A stretch of 64,000 nucleotides of DNA from assembly GCF_000981445.1 (NCBI RefSeq), contig NC_027216.1, positions 2,046,001 through 2,110,000 on the forward strand, in the 5' to 3' direction. Made by a program: the position numbers and the translations under genes. Of this stretch, positions 24,101 through 36,200 are shown one piece after another. The notes beneath the pieces were generated by a model. It worked only from the letters and a program-made list of their open reading frames with translations, was not told where the DNA came from and did no database searches. How positions within the stretch are numbered: the stretch's first letter is position 1; each line of letters begins with the position of its first letter. This DNA comes from Babesia bigemina (lineage: Eukaryota).

Positions 24101-25390
24101 ATGTTTTCACCATCCTTCTGGTTCAGCCTGATTCTGGGAGCGTTAGTAATTTTCGTTGCGTTTTTATACATAATCACAGGTTTGCTTTACCGTCGCAGTG
24201 CTACATCAAACTTCACAATGGAGCAACTCCGTTGTCCCGTAACTTTTGTTTGGGCAATGCGGCGCCTTTGAGGTACGTTTGCGTTTCATGGTGATGGTAA
24301 AACGTTCCACAACACGCCGTTGTCATCCGTGTCATCGCATCGCATCATCTGCGAATTTAATTGAACATCGTTTGGGTTTCACGATCATGATCTTAGTCGT
24401 CTGGACATGCTATTTACGAGTTGTTGTGTGGCTGTGTGGTTAACTGGGTGATGGTTTGTGTAGGTATAGCGTCAAATCGCCCCTCGAGTGCAGAATTAGC
24501 TCTGTGCGTTATCTCGGTGGCAATGAAACAGACCGCAGTTTCCACCACATCGTAATTGAACACAACGGCCTATACAACTTCGAACCCGGCCAGTATTGCG
24601 GTGTACTGCCTCCAGGCAAGTTGTGTCACTCGACGTGCACATTCCCTGCTTAGGCATATCTGAGCGCACCAATCGGCCGCATCCTCCTCGATCGTATTCT
24701 CTCGCCCCGGTGCTAGACGAAGACGGCGTGGATCCCAAGACATGCTTTTCCCTGGGGATACGCGCTCCAGTTATTCCTCCAGGCAGCGCACCCCTTTATC
24801 GCAACATCTGTATATGCTCGCAATTTTTGTCCGGTGCTGAACCTGGCACTCTGATTCGCATAACCGGCCCTTTCGGCAAGTTCGTGTTGAGCCCTGACGA
24901 CTTGCAGGGTAAGAACAATTTGCTGTTCATTGCGACTGGTACCGGCATTGTGCCGTACATGGGCTTCCTTAAATCGCTGCTTAAGACGTACGCCGGGGGC
25001 ACTCAAGAGTTTGGGAGCATTCTGCTGTTTTTCGGGATTCAGTCACCGTCTTCGCTGCTTTATCGTTCGGCACTCGATGATTACGTGGAACGGTTCAAAG
25101 GCCGTTTTGCGTACATTCCGTGTTATTCACGTTTTGGTGATGAGTCTGAGCGCTGCTACGTACAGGTTCGTTGTGGACACCGTTGCGCTATACGTTCGCA
25201 GGATAAAATTTTGAAGGCGCAGGATGTTATAAGGTCGATGTGCTGCGAAGGCGGTCGGCAGTGCAGCATTTTCGTATGCGGGCGCAAGTCCATGGAGAAA
25301 GCGGTTGCAAGCTCGTTGCAAACAGTGTTCGCTGGAATTCCGCAGCGAGACGCCATATTGGCGAGCATGAAGGTGGAGGTCTATCAGTGA
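24101..25390 (+). CDS. FNR: Apicoplast ferredoxin-NADP+ reductase (about 5 exons)
   Basis: Signal-like MFSPSFWFSLILGAFALPSQC, PGQYCGVLPPG, RSYS, GPFG, IATGTGIVPY, YVQ|DKI, FVCG, VEVY. Confidence 0.87.
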
Positions 25391-26131
25391 AGCTAAAAAT
25401 TTTGAACGTCGATGGCATTGAGGCGTTAACCTTTCTGCGCCTATGTGGCAAGAGATCTTTAAGTCATTGCCATAATTGATAGACAAAGAGACAGTTTTTG
25501 CACGGTCCGTTTTTCATAACCTCAAGCTCTGCAAGCCGACGTACGGGACATACACGGTATAATTATTTGTTTCATAATATTATTGTGATTTATTGTGAAA
25601 CGCTTATGCTATGCGTTTAATTTTCGTAGCTAATTTTTTGTGGTTGGCTAGTACGGACTTTCGCTGATGCCCCAGCTACCCAGCGTATTGCAGTTTGAGG
25701 TGAGTGAAATATGTGCCGTCTTCCGATGATTCCAGAAGTATAAAACATCTGCTTTTGATCAAGGTTTTTATTCATATGCCAGAGTTGTTTCGCACATTTA
25801 GAAATTTATTCATTGCTTTTCTGTGCAAATAATTTGTTAGGTAGCCGTGAAGGCAACATAGTACACCGACGAAAATTCCCGCATCCTCATAACTAGTTGT
25901 GGTTTCTTTGCGCTAGTAACTCGGTAGTGTACCCTTCATAGGCAGCTTTAGCATTGGAAACCAATAATAACGGTGCATACTGTTTGCTGAATCGCCGAAG
26001 TTGTCACTGTTTCGTTGTCTTTGGTATTCTTTAAAGCCTCCAAAAGGAGCCTATTTTGGGGTGCTGCTGGCGTTGCCTGTTATTCGTTGATTACGGTTTG
26101 TTTCCCCAATTGACTAAAACCACGTAACAAG

Positions 26132-27439
26132 ATGAGTGCACCTGTGAAGCTTCTCTGGTTTTGGTTTGCTCTGTTTTCAGGCCAGGCATTTGGAGGGCGC
26201 CTGCTAAACCTGCTGGAGGATCCGTTACCTAATCATGTACAGGTACACCGCGGTATTTTCGACGATAATGGCTTATACAGAATGTTTGTCCCTGAGTCAT
26301 ATTCGGAAAAATGGTTTTACTATGGAGACATTATGGTTCCCATTGTACATTCTTGCCGACAATTAACAATCTGTGTGGAAGAGTATCGTTCAACGACGAC
26401 CTTTCTTGAGGTAATAACAGTGTGTTTGGATGATATTAACGCAATTAGACGTTATACTAGGCTGTATGAAGTGCGTAACAATATACTTACATGTCAAAGC
26501 CTGGCGAAATTGCAACACGTCGTGAAAGGTTCTATCTTGCTTACTCTGGATTTGAGCCCGGGCGCATCTTTGCATCCTTACATTGTAAAAAAGGTTAACA
26601 CGAGCGATCACGTTATCCAGTATCAGGTTAGCCCTGCATCCATAGAAGGGCGTAAGAAATCGTCGCGCAAAAAGATCAATTACGCCATATTGTTTACCCA
26701 TGATTCCAGTTCATCACAAGATAGAGGATATCCCACATCACTTGTGGTTTTCCACGCTAAATCTGTGGTCCTGAATATATTGACTGGTTATTTATTTCTA
26801 AAACGATTCGTCCCTAACCAGTTTTACATCTATACTGTACACCCTAATGAAGGTACAATTAAGCTTGTCACACCGTCAATACCTTCTGAGAACCTCTTTG
26901 TAAATCCGGCTATGTCACCATTTTCTGGTACGCCCCAAGTGACGGCTGTAACGATAAACGTCACATCTGTGGAGAATCCTTCAAGCAACGTCTTGGTTAT
27001 TTACAATGTACCGAAAGGGGATTGGTTGTACTCCCGTCATGAAGTGTTAATCTTCTCGCATGTCTGGCGCGTGGCGTGCTATGTTAAGGACCGTATGACC
27101 GATATACCTATCTTCGTGTCTCCGGAGGATGTCATGGTAAAACATGTGGAAACGTACAATAATCTGAAAGATAACAAATTCTTCGTGGTAATCAAGACCG
27201 TAAAAAGGACTCCAGGTGGCTTTATTACTTCCGATAAACTCTTTCAACGCGTGGAAAATGAAGGCATGATAGGTTATATACCTCATTTTACACACAAGAA
27301 GCTATTGTACGAAATGATGTTAAAAGAAGTTTACGACACTCCCGCTGCACCTGCCGGAGAAGCAAGAGGCGCGTTGCGATACGAAATGGACACAAGTGGA
27401 GCATCGTTACCACCGGCAACGCCCAGTACTTCGACATAA
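26132..27439 (+). CDS. Secreted hypothetical protein (435 aa)
   Basis: Long single-exon ORF in AT-rich DNA with signal peptide MSAPVKLLWFWFALFSGQAFG; no recognised domain. Confidence 0.75.
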   Translation: MSAPVKLLWFWFALFSGQAFGGRLLNLLEDPLPNHVQVHRGIFDDNGLYRMFVPESYSEKWFYYGDIMVPIVHSCRQLTICVEEYRSTTTFLEVITVCLDDINAIRRYTRLYEVRNNILTCQSLAKLQHVVKGSILLTLDLSPGASLHPYIVKKVNTSDHVIQYQVSPASIEGRKKSSRKKINYAILFTHDSSSSQDRGYPTSLVVFHAKSVVLNILTGYLFLKRFVPNQFYIYTVHPNEGTIKLVTPSIPSENLFVNPAMSPFSGTPQVTAVTINVTSVENPSSNVLVIYNVPKGDWLYSRHEVLIFSHVWRVACYVKDRMTDIPIFVSPEDVMVKHVETYNNLKDNKFFVVIKTVKRTPGGFITSDKLFQRVENEGMIGYIPHFTHKKLLYEMMLKEVYDTPAAPAGEARGALRYEMDTSGASLPPATPSTST

Positions 27440-27548
27440 GCGAAATATGTGGTCAAATTGACGTCAAATGTCGTCCCCGGGTAAATATTGACAGCGGCAT
27501 GCTTGAACAGTTCGGGTACATCAGGTGCCACTACATTTGAGCGGAGAA

Positions 27549-28430
27549 CTACTGCGTGGTATTTGCATTCCTGTATGCGATTGAAACGTAAACGCCGGAG
27601 ACCAGTCTCCACAGCAGAATTCCTAGTGAAAGCAGGAACACAAAGTGCCACATCGCTTTCGCCTCTGAGAGGTAATGGTTTCGTGCGCATAACATGCTTA
27701 CTTGGTGTCAGAGTCGGTGCGGCCCCGGCTATCCCACGTCTTACCGGCTCTGCACAGCATGCATGGGTTACCGCGACGTGTCTTACCGCTGCACGGTGGC
27801 GCAACGAAAATATCAGCGCCGTTCCAGCTCAGCTTCATGACTTGTTGGTTTGGGTTGGGAGCCCATCCTGGTTTGCACTGACACATGACTTGGTTGGTCC
27901 CTCTGACGAAAGTGCATACCCCGTGGTCACACGGGTTTGTGGCTGGCTGGCTGCATGGATTGTACTCTACTTCGCAGTTGGCGCCCGTGTAGAATGCTCC
28001 GCAGTCGCACGAATAAAAGGGGTACTCCGTCCGACTTATGCAGTTACCTGCTCAATGTGATTCGGGTCATGAATAGATGTGCATGCTACTCGCGTTGCGT
28101 GCGCAGTGCTGAGATATGACAAGTGTTGCACATACCTTGGTTGCAGAGTGCCTGTTGGCAGTTTACGTTCTTTCTGTAGGACCTGCAGTGCGTCTTGCAG
28201 TAGTCAAGTTCGACGGAGCAGTCCCATCCGGTGTACTGCGGTTTGCAGATACACACGTTTTGTTCAATGCCGCCTCGGCTCACTTTGATGCATGTGGCGC
28301 CATTTTTACATCTGTGCCCTCCGTCACAAGGGGTGTCTATAGCGTCAGCGCCACATACTAACAGCACCGCTGCAATGAAGGCAACCGTTTTGACAGCCGC
28401 CCTGAGTGCTACCCACCCTAGGCTCAGCAT
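27549..28430 (-). CDS. EGF-like repeat type I membrane protein (about 4 exons)
   Basis: Signal peptide; EGF repeats CKNGATC..CICKPQYTGWDC, CNQG|NC..CDCGAFYTGANC, CDHGVC..CQCKPGW; last exon TM MWHFVFLLSLGILLWRLV, stop at 27549. Confidence 0.8.
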
Positions 28431-29026
28431 CACCAACAACCTGTTACGTGCGCCCAATCGCCCAGCCGACGTTCATGAAACAGCTTATTACGATCGCATC
28501 GCCCACCGCGCCGCCACAAGGTCTTCGAGTCAGAATTAATCTTTAAGCTGCGATTCTGCTTGGTTAAATATTATACGAGAAGCCTATTCTAGCGCCCATT
28601 AAGGTACAATTGTAAGTTAAACACGTCTTTTGATTACACATTATCTAAAAGGTTACTGACAGCGGAGCTCTATCAACCCCGCTCGTTACAAATGCAGCTA
28701 CAATACAGGAAATCTATGAGTTAAACGTTATTACATACGGTTTGATTGTATACGCTCTCTGTGTCTTCAATGTGCAGTAGTTTTCCACGTTCTACGAGCT
28801 GTCTACGTAAGGCGTGAGCAATGTGTGGCGATTATGGTCGGTGAATTTCGCTTGCCGCAGCTAACAAACCGTGTTTCATTTCCCAGATGGCTTGCTCACA
28901 TCCACTTGAGCATGCAGTGCGCTAATTGGCGGTACACATCGCGGAGTAACACGTACAGGGGTGGCGTCACCGCCTCGGTACACTTTCGCCCTGCCAAACA
29001 TTGTTTGACGGGTAGTCGTATGGAAG

Positions 29027-29629
29027 ATGGATTCTTCTGCGGATATTTGCAATGTGTTTGAAAACAAAGTGAGCTTTACCGATGAGTTTGAGGTGAACGG
29101 TTTGCGGTTTCTCTTCAAGCCGTTGGAGTCGTACGAGGAGTATCTGGAGGTGCGTCCTCTCGTCGAGACCCTTTCGCAATGCCCTATTACGCATTGCCGT
29201 CAGTACGTGGATGTTATGCTTCGTCTTCCTTCGTACTACCCTTTTTTGGTGTGCCTGGTTGACGATTCTTCTGGGCGCAAACGCAACGACGATACCGCAG
29301 CCAGCTCAAGCTGTGACGGTCCCGCCCCGGCCTCCGGACCTGATAGCAGTCCCGCCACATCGCACATCGTAGGATACATCGAGGTGTATATGATGCCGCA
29401 TCTGGGTCGCCTATTCGACTCTCGTTTCGAGCGCATCATCGTCGACCCCAAATATCGCAACATGGGCGTTTGCCAAAAGATGGTGGCTACGGCAATTCAT
29501 TTCTGCCGCTCTGTGCTGCGCTGCAACCGGATAGACATGATCTGCAACAACCCCGTTGCGATCCATGTGTACGAGAAGTTCGGCTTCGAGCTTGTCAAGA
29601 CCAATACATATCGCAAGACTTTGATATAG
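29027..29629 (+). CDS. GNA1: GNAT acetyltransferase, probable apicomplexan glucosamine-6-phosphate N-acetyltransferase
   Basis: PHLGR..SRFERIIVDPKYRNMG acetyl-CoA motif, NPVAIHVYEKFGF. Confidence 0.75.
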   Translation: MDSSADICNVFENKVSFTDEFEVNGLRFLFKPLESYEEYLEVRPLVETLSQCPITHCRQYVDVMLRLPSYYPFLVCLVDDSSGRKRNDDTAASSSCDGPAPASGPDSSPATSHIVGYIEVYMMPHLGRLFDSRFERIIVDPKYRNMGVCQKMVATAIHFCRSVLRCNRIDMICNNPVAIHVYEKFGFELVKTNTYRKTLI

Positions 29630-30298
29630 GCGGCTGCGTCCTAGGACGCGTCTAAGGGGCATGCAATTATCGCTAAATGTAACGCCTGTGGATTACACAG
29701 ACCACGGGAATTTTAAGTTGTCACGGCCTACGCCGGGTGATACGGGTGTTCGTATTTCAATCATTTTCTCACACACCTTTCCTATTTTCGGACAAATAAA
29801 GCCAATAATGATTTACGCAGTTGTTTTACACATTCCAGGTGCTGTATTATGCCGTTGCCGGTCAGACGGGATTACTGCGCAGTGTGTTGTACTGGGTGGC
29901 TCAGCACGCCTTTTTGCGCCTAAAACCGCCACACATTCGCTCTATGGTCTATGTACTCGCATAATAACGTGAATTCTGTCAAATTCTGTATGTTGGAAAA
30001 CCATATTGCTTTTTACTGTGCTTATGTGGCTGCTGAACGTGGGTAAGTTCGCAGCTTTCGGGTCCAGCCACTTGCCTTCTGTGGCGACTTTTCTACGCGT
30101 CTGAAACCAGACGCCTTTTATCCACTGTATTTTGCTGATCTGACTGATTGTGCGCCGTTACCAGTCTGACAGTGGCTCCACTTGGTCGGTCACGATGTTG
30201 GATGCGGTCTGTTTGCTCTACACATTATCGGCATTACGCCCCTATTAGGCGTGTTTACAGGCCGTCTATCGCCCGTTTAGTGCGTCCACGCCTAAACG

Positions 30299-33200
30299 AT
30301 GGCGCAGCCCGAAGCGGATGCTTCTGCGAGGCCTTCTGGACAAAGCCTCTCTGCGGACGTGGTATCTTTCAAAAGTCTCATATACAGCAGGTACACCTTC
30401 ATAGGTAGGTGCCGTCTGAACGGCAGTTTGAACGAGGCGGACGAGTTCTGCTTGCTCCAGGGTGTGCAGTTGCTGATATGCAAATCGCACTCTACTCTGC
30501 TGGAAGCTCTGGATCGTGGCGTCGGTGCGCTGTCAGGCCTAGAGGGTCTCTGCAATTCGTTCGCATCGAGCCTCGATGAGCTGTGTCGGCTGCATTCGCC
30601 GGGCGACGCTGCGACGCACCGCAGCTTATCTAGTCATGCATCCGTGGCCTCTGACGTCGACTGCACGGCGTGCTCCGACGAGCGCACTGCCGATGTGGAC
30701 GACAGCGTGCGGTGCGAGTCCACGCACTTCGACTGGGAGAAATGCGCTTTGGATGAGGCGTTCAGCAAGGTTGCGAAGCGGAATGCGTACAACTTCAAGT
30801 CACTGGCCAGCCGCTTCGACAAGCGTTTCTACGACTGCTTCCTGCACAGCGAAGGCAGTGAAAGCGACATTTTGCTGAAGGATGGCGACGCCTTGCCCTT
30901 GCGCATCGACGCCGAGGGGCTGCTGCGTCTGTGCAAGGAGACCCCCTCCATCGGCACCGTATGCAACAACATCCGGCGGTACCGCGCGGAGTGCCGCTCC
31001 AAGCTGTCTCAGATGCACAACGTCGATACGCGCCTGGCTGGCACCAGTGCCGCTCCGTCGGGCGACCCCCAGCCTTCGGTCCGCCTGCCCGTGAGCTTCG
31101 AGCGGATGATCGTGATGTTGAAGGCCAAGATTTGCAGTCAATCTGTTTTCGTCAACATTCGGCTGTGGCAACTGGAGGGTAGGAGCAACGACTACATTTG
31201 TGACCAGTTTTTGTCGCATTTGAAGGATTTGCGGGACGACGTGCTGCGCTGCCCGTGTGACTACAGCAAGTGGGTACGGATACTGATCGCCAGCGAGCCT
31301 GTCGCGGAGATGGGCGCGCTCGAATCAACGAGTTACGACGCTGTGTACCAGCACCTGTGCGGCATTTTGCAGTTTGCCTCCTCCAGCGGGTTCTCAGGGG
31401 TCTTCGATTTGTGCATCGACGTGATGTTCTGCCTATCCGTTCGCCACCCGAACGCGTGCCAGACCCTCGAGTGCTGTTTGAACTACCTGAAGACAGTGGT
31501 GATTCCAACGCTACCGCATCCGTGTGGCGACCCCACCACCCCCAGGCCTGACAATTCCGCCGTGTGGCTGCCTCGTCTGTCGGCGTCTTTCGAGTCGCTG
31601 ATCGACCTCGAGTACCTGTCGCTGCACCATCCGTTGCTGATGAACAGCAGTGAGGGGGGCAGCGATGACTCGTGCGATCGCGTGTTTTCCACGTCCATCA
31701 CGAAGCTGGGCTGTTACGTCATGCGCGTGGACGTGAGCATCGATGAGGTCTCTGACTCGGCGTCCATCCACAAGCCGGCGTCAACTTCAAGCGTCTTCCG
31801 CATCACCATAAGGCATTCGCAGAAGGAGCCGCTCCCCGACAGGAGCGTGACGTTCGTTTCGGACGGGCACCACATGATGGTCTTCGACAGCGGGTTCGCC
31901 CTGCTCGACCTTCACTCGCTGAAGAGCTACTCCGTCGAGTTTTTGTTCTCCAACGGCAACCTCCTGGTGTACCTGAACGGCACGCGGTTCTACATGCTGG
32001 ATTTGTGCGAGGCCTGGCAGCTGGACTTGTCGACGGGCGGGGCCATCGACGTCTCCATCGCCGTCGACTCGAGCTGCGTCCACCTGGAGCAGCCGTGGTC
32101 GCTGACCCCCGGATTACGCAGCGAGATGATGCGAAGGCAGCTGGTGGGCTGCTGCGGGTTCCCGTTGGCGTCGTCCGGCAGGGCGTGCCTGCTCAACTCG
32201 CTGTACGAGCGCCACTTTTTTATGGCGAAGGTGACGTCGAGCCTCCACAACATGCTGTCTCGGATTTTCCACAGTTTCAGGGGCCATTCGTCACCAGGGT
32301 TTACTTGGAGCGCCCATTTCGTGCGTTACCTGCGTCTGTGGTTCGAGATTCTGTTCTGCAACCTGGAGTGCATATCCAGCATCTGCACGTACTTCACCGC
32401 GTCGGGGGGCGTCAATGCGTTGACCCTGTGGCGGCTGATTTCCGAGACCATCTTGTCGTGCCTGTCTGTGCTGCGGCTGTCACTGTCGATACCCACCGGC
32501 TCCGTGAAGCTACCGTCGGACATGCTGGAGCTCGTGGCCTCGTGCTTCGTCGCGTGCGTGCGGTTCCGCGCAATAACGTCGGGCTGCCACGACACCGACC
32601 ATTACCACCTGCAATTCGACCTCGACAGCCTGGCTAGCGCTATCAACGTGGCGGCCATTTCCTTCGTCTCGGCGTGCCCCGACATTTTTTCCCAGATATT
32701 TCTGACGCTGCGCCTGGAGGTGTTGGTCGAGATTCTGGTGCATACGGTGTCGGTGGAACAGTTCCCCGCCCACGGCGACGCGGGAGGCAACGTGAGCATC
32801 GAGGCGCTGAAGTTCTTGAGTTCGGGCGACTGCATTGCGATATTCACCAAGCGCGCCCTATCGCAGAACATGCCGGGGTTCCTCCGCGACGGCGCCAAGT
32901 TCGTGGGCGACGTGGACAACCACTGGTGGAAAACCATCCTGAAGTTCCTGGAGTCTGGTAAGTGCCACCTCCAGGAGAGCCGTATCAGCGTGGACCCCGT
33001 TGGCGCGGAATACTGCACGTGCGAGGCTGTCAAGTACGGCGATTCGGTGGCGAGCCCGTTTTTCACGTGCTGCTACGGCTGCGTGCGGCGGTACTGCACG
33101 CCAACCGATGCCAACACGCGCACCCACGACTACCAACCGCTCACTGGCCCCGCCGCTCTCTACTCCTGCCCTCGCCCGCACATGCTTCTCTGCCGCCTGC

Positions 33201-36200
33201 TGCTGAAGCACGGCATTTTGTTCCTCTGCTTGAACACGTCCGTGTCGTACAAGGAAGCGGGCTGGGACTGCGTGGATAGGCTGTCCAGCACGGTGGACAT
33301 GGACTACCGCAAGGCCTTCGAGCGTTTCTGCGACTGGCGCGGCGACATTCTGTACGGTCGCCTTGACGGCCTGCTGAAGGTGGATAACGCCAACACCTAC
33401 TTCCGCCTGTTCAACAAAGATGACGTGTCGGTCTTGGAGTACATTGTGCTTCGTCTGCTGCGTTACAGCGAGTTCGCGTACGGCCTGCTCTCGGAGAATC
33501 TGGTGGAGGTGTCCTCCGATCTGCTCAGCGAGTTCGGTTCGAGTGCGCACAACTTCATCAACACCCTGTCGATCGTGGACGCGCTGTCCTACATGGTGGA
33601 GCTGTTCGAGTACATGACCGTGGTCGACGGCCACGCCTCCGTGGTCCACCGGACGTTCGTTGCCTGCGCCAACTTGCTGCCGTGCATTTTCCGGGTGCTG
33701 ATATTGATGAAGAGGTGCATCAAGCGTTACTCCACGTTTTTCGAGGCGTTCAGCCTGTTCATGAACTACGTGGTGCTCCAGTTCCACTCGCTGGCGTACC
33801 TGCTCGGCAAGGTCATCACGTACATGTACAACCACTGCAAGCGGTACAGCAAGGAGCACCTGCTGTCAGTTGCGGAGCTGGGCGCGCTGAACAGCGAGGT
33901 GTCGCGCATCAAGGGCATCGAGGACCAGCGTGGCGTGGACTTGCCTCAGTGGGTGCTGTATGGCGCCTGGCTCGAGTTCGAGGACCGATCGGATTTCTAC
34001 ACCGGCTTGAGGCGTCTGACGATGCTGCTGCAAGACTTCCACTACCGTTCGAGCCATGCGAGCTTCACGGAGGACTTCAACGTCGGGCGCCCGCCTGCTT
34101 CTGACGGCACGACGTGGGCCCTGGGGATCCTGCGCGGTGATGCCGCCTGCATCGACCGTCTGCGCCCCTACTACCGCAGCTTGCACCCCTCTTTGGGCGT
34201 GTGCCAATTGGGGTTCGTGGCCGTCTTCATCCACCTGTTGGGCGGTGAGAGCGGCTCCGTCGAGTTCTGCACCAGGTCGGCGTCGCAGGCGGTGCTCCAG
34301 GTCCTGCGCCAGCTGCAAAACGTGCAGACGCTGTTCGCGACGATGTCGGATTTGGACCGTCTGCACGCGATTCGCCAGGGCTACTTGGACGACATCCACA
34401 GGCGCTGCCTCTGGGTCGTGGAGAACACCCGGGGGGGCCTGTACTACGTCAAGAACGAACCGATGCCACGTGCCGGGCACGCATCCACGCCGGGTGTCAC
34501 GCTCGAGGACGACGACGCGCCCGTTGTGACGGACGGCGTGAAGCGTTGCTCATCGATTCCGCACCTCCTGCGAGCGTCGAAGCGCGACCCTCGCAACTTC
34601 GAACGCGGGTTCTCGGACATCTTCCTGACCCGTCGTAGCGCCGGCCGGCAATCGTCGGCTTGGCGGAGCCACAGCGTCGGTGCGGCGCGCTGCAGCAGCC
34701 CCGTGGCGAGCAACGACCCGGAGGTGTTACGCGTCGACATTCGTCCTCACATGGGCGACGTGATCGGCTTCCTGCTCTACGGGCCCTCCGCCGCCGTCTG
34801 CCAGAGCGACCTGCAGGCCGAGCGCCTGTCCGCGATGTGCCGCCACTCGATGTGGCGGTGTGTGAACGCCCTGACAAGCCTCCTCGTTGACACCCGCCTG
34901 CGCGATGACGGAAGCAACGCCGAGAAGGACCACGACTCGCCCTCCTACACCCGGCCGCTGCTGGTGCACATGACCTCCCTGCCGTCTGATGACAAGGTCC
35001 TGGTTTGCTCCGACGGCATGCATGCAGTCTTGAAGCTACTGTGGTACTGTATCGTTAAAACCACCCGCTGCATGGTCATCCGCTCCGCCAGCGACAGCGT
35101 GGTGCCCTCGCCGGGCGCCTCAGCAGGGCTGCGCAGCTCCTTCGACGCGATGCTGGAGCGGGCGCAGTCAACGGTCTTGGAGAAGTTATGCTCGTGGTAC
35201 CTGTCGTCGGGCGTGTGCAACTTGAACTACGCAATTCGGTCCAGGGAGCACCTCCCCTCTTGGGTGCGCATATCGCTGCCGTTCTTCTCGCTGCTGTTTT
35301 CGCTGGGCCTGGACCCGCTGAACAACCCCCGGTACGCCACGCCGATTTTCCAGCAAATGCTGTCCGTGCTGCAGCCTCTGCGCCTGGGCCCGTCGGGTGC
35401 GGCCGGCCTGGACTCGTGTCCCACTAAGGGCGTGCGTTCGATCGTGGTGCTGTTCGTCTCGTACGAAATGCTGCGGCTGTGCAACGTGAGCGTCAACGCC
35501 GTGTTCCAGACCCTGTGGTCGTCGCGGTACTCGAAGCGCGATTTCATCAAGGTAAGCAGGGGCCTGCTGTACGTCTGGGTGAAAACAACCTCCGACGTGC
35601 AGCCCCCGATAGAGAAGCCAGAGCTGACCCTGCGCCTGCTGTGGTCGCTGAAGACGTTGGACCCCTGCACGGTGGAAAGTGACTTGGAGCCGTTGAACGC
35701 CATGATCCGCGGCCTGACCTCTCGGGAGGTCGCCGAGACCCCTCAACCCGCCGTCCCGGGTGAGCTGATCATGTGGCACATGTACCCCCGCGAGGACAGC
35801 GACATTGTGGACGTTTCGTTCATCGACAAGCATGTGAGCACCGTGAGCTCCGACGTGGACGTCTGCGACATCACCATCCCCATCTACATCAACATCACCT
35901 TGAGGCATGAGAACGCAGCGCTGCGTGCCGTCGACCTGAGCGTGCTGCAGTACCTGGGCGGGAAGCTGGAGGTGGAGAGCGGCAGCGGGATCTGGTCGCA
36001 GCTGAATGGCGGCGATCCTACTAACAGCGTCCACCCGATGCGGGTGCACCTGCACTACCTGTTGCGCGTGCTGATCTGGATGGCATTTTCGCCAGGCCCC
36101 CATGGCTCCAATACGGATACTGGTAATGTGGAGATATCGTATTGCCTGTGCCGGCTGCTGCTGCGCTCCTTGCGCGAGGTCGCCGCCATGCTGGTGATTT

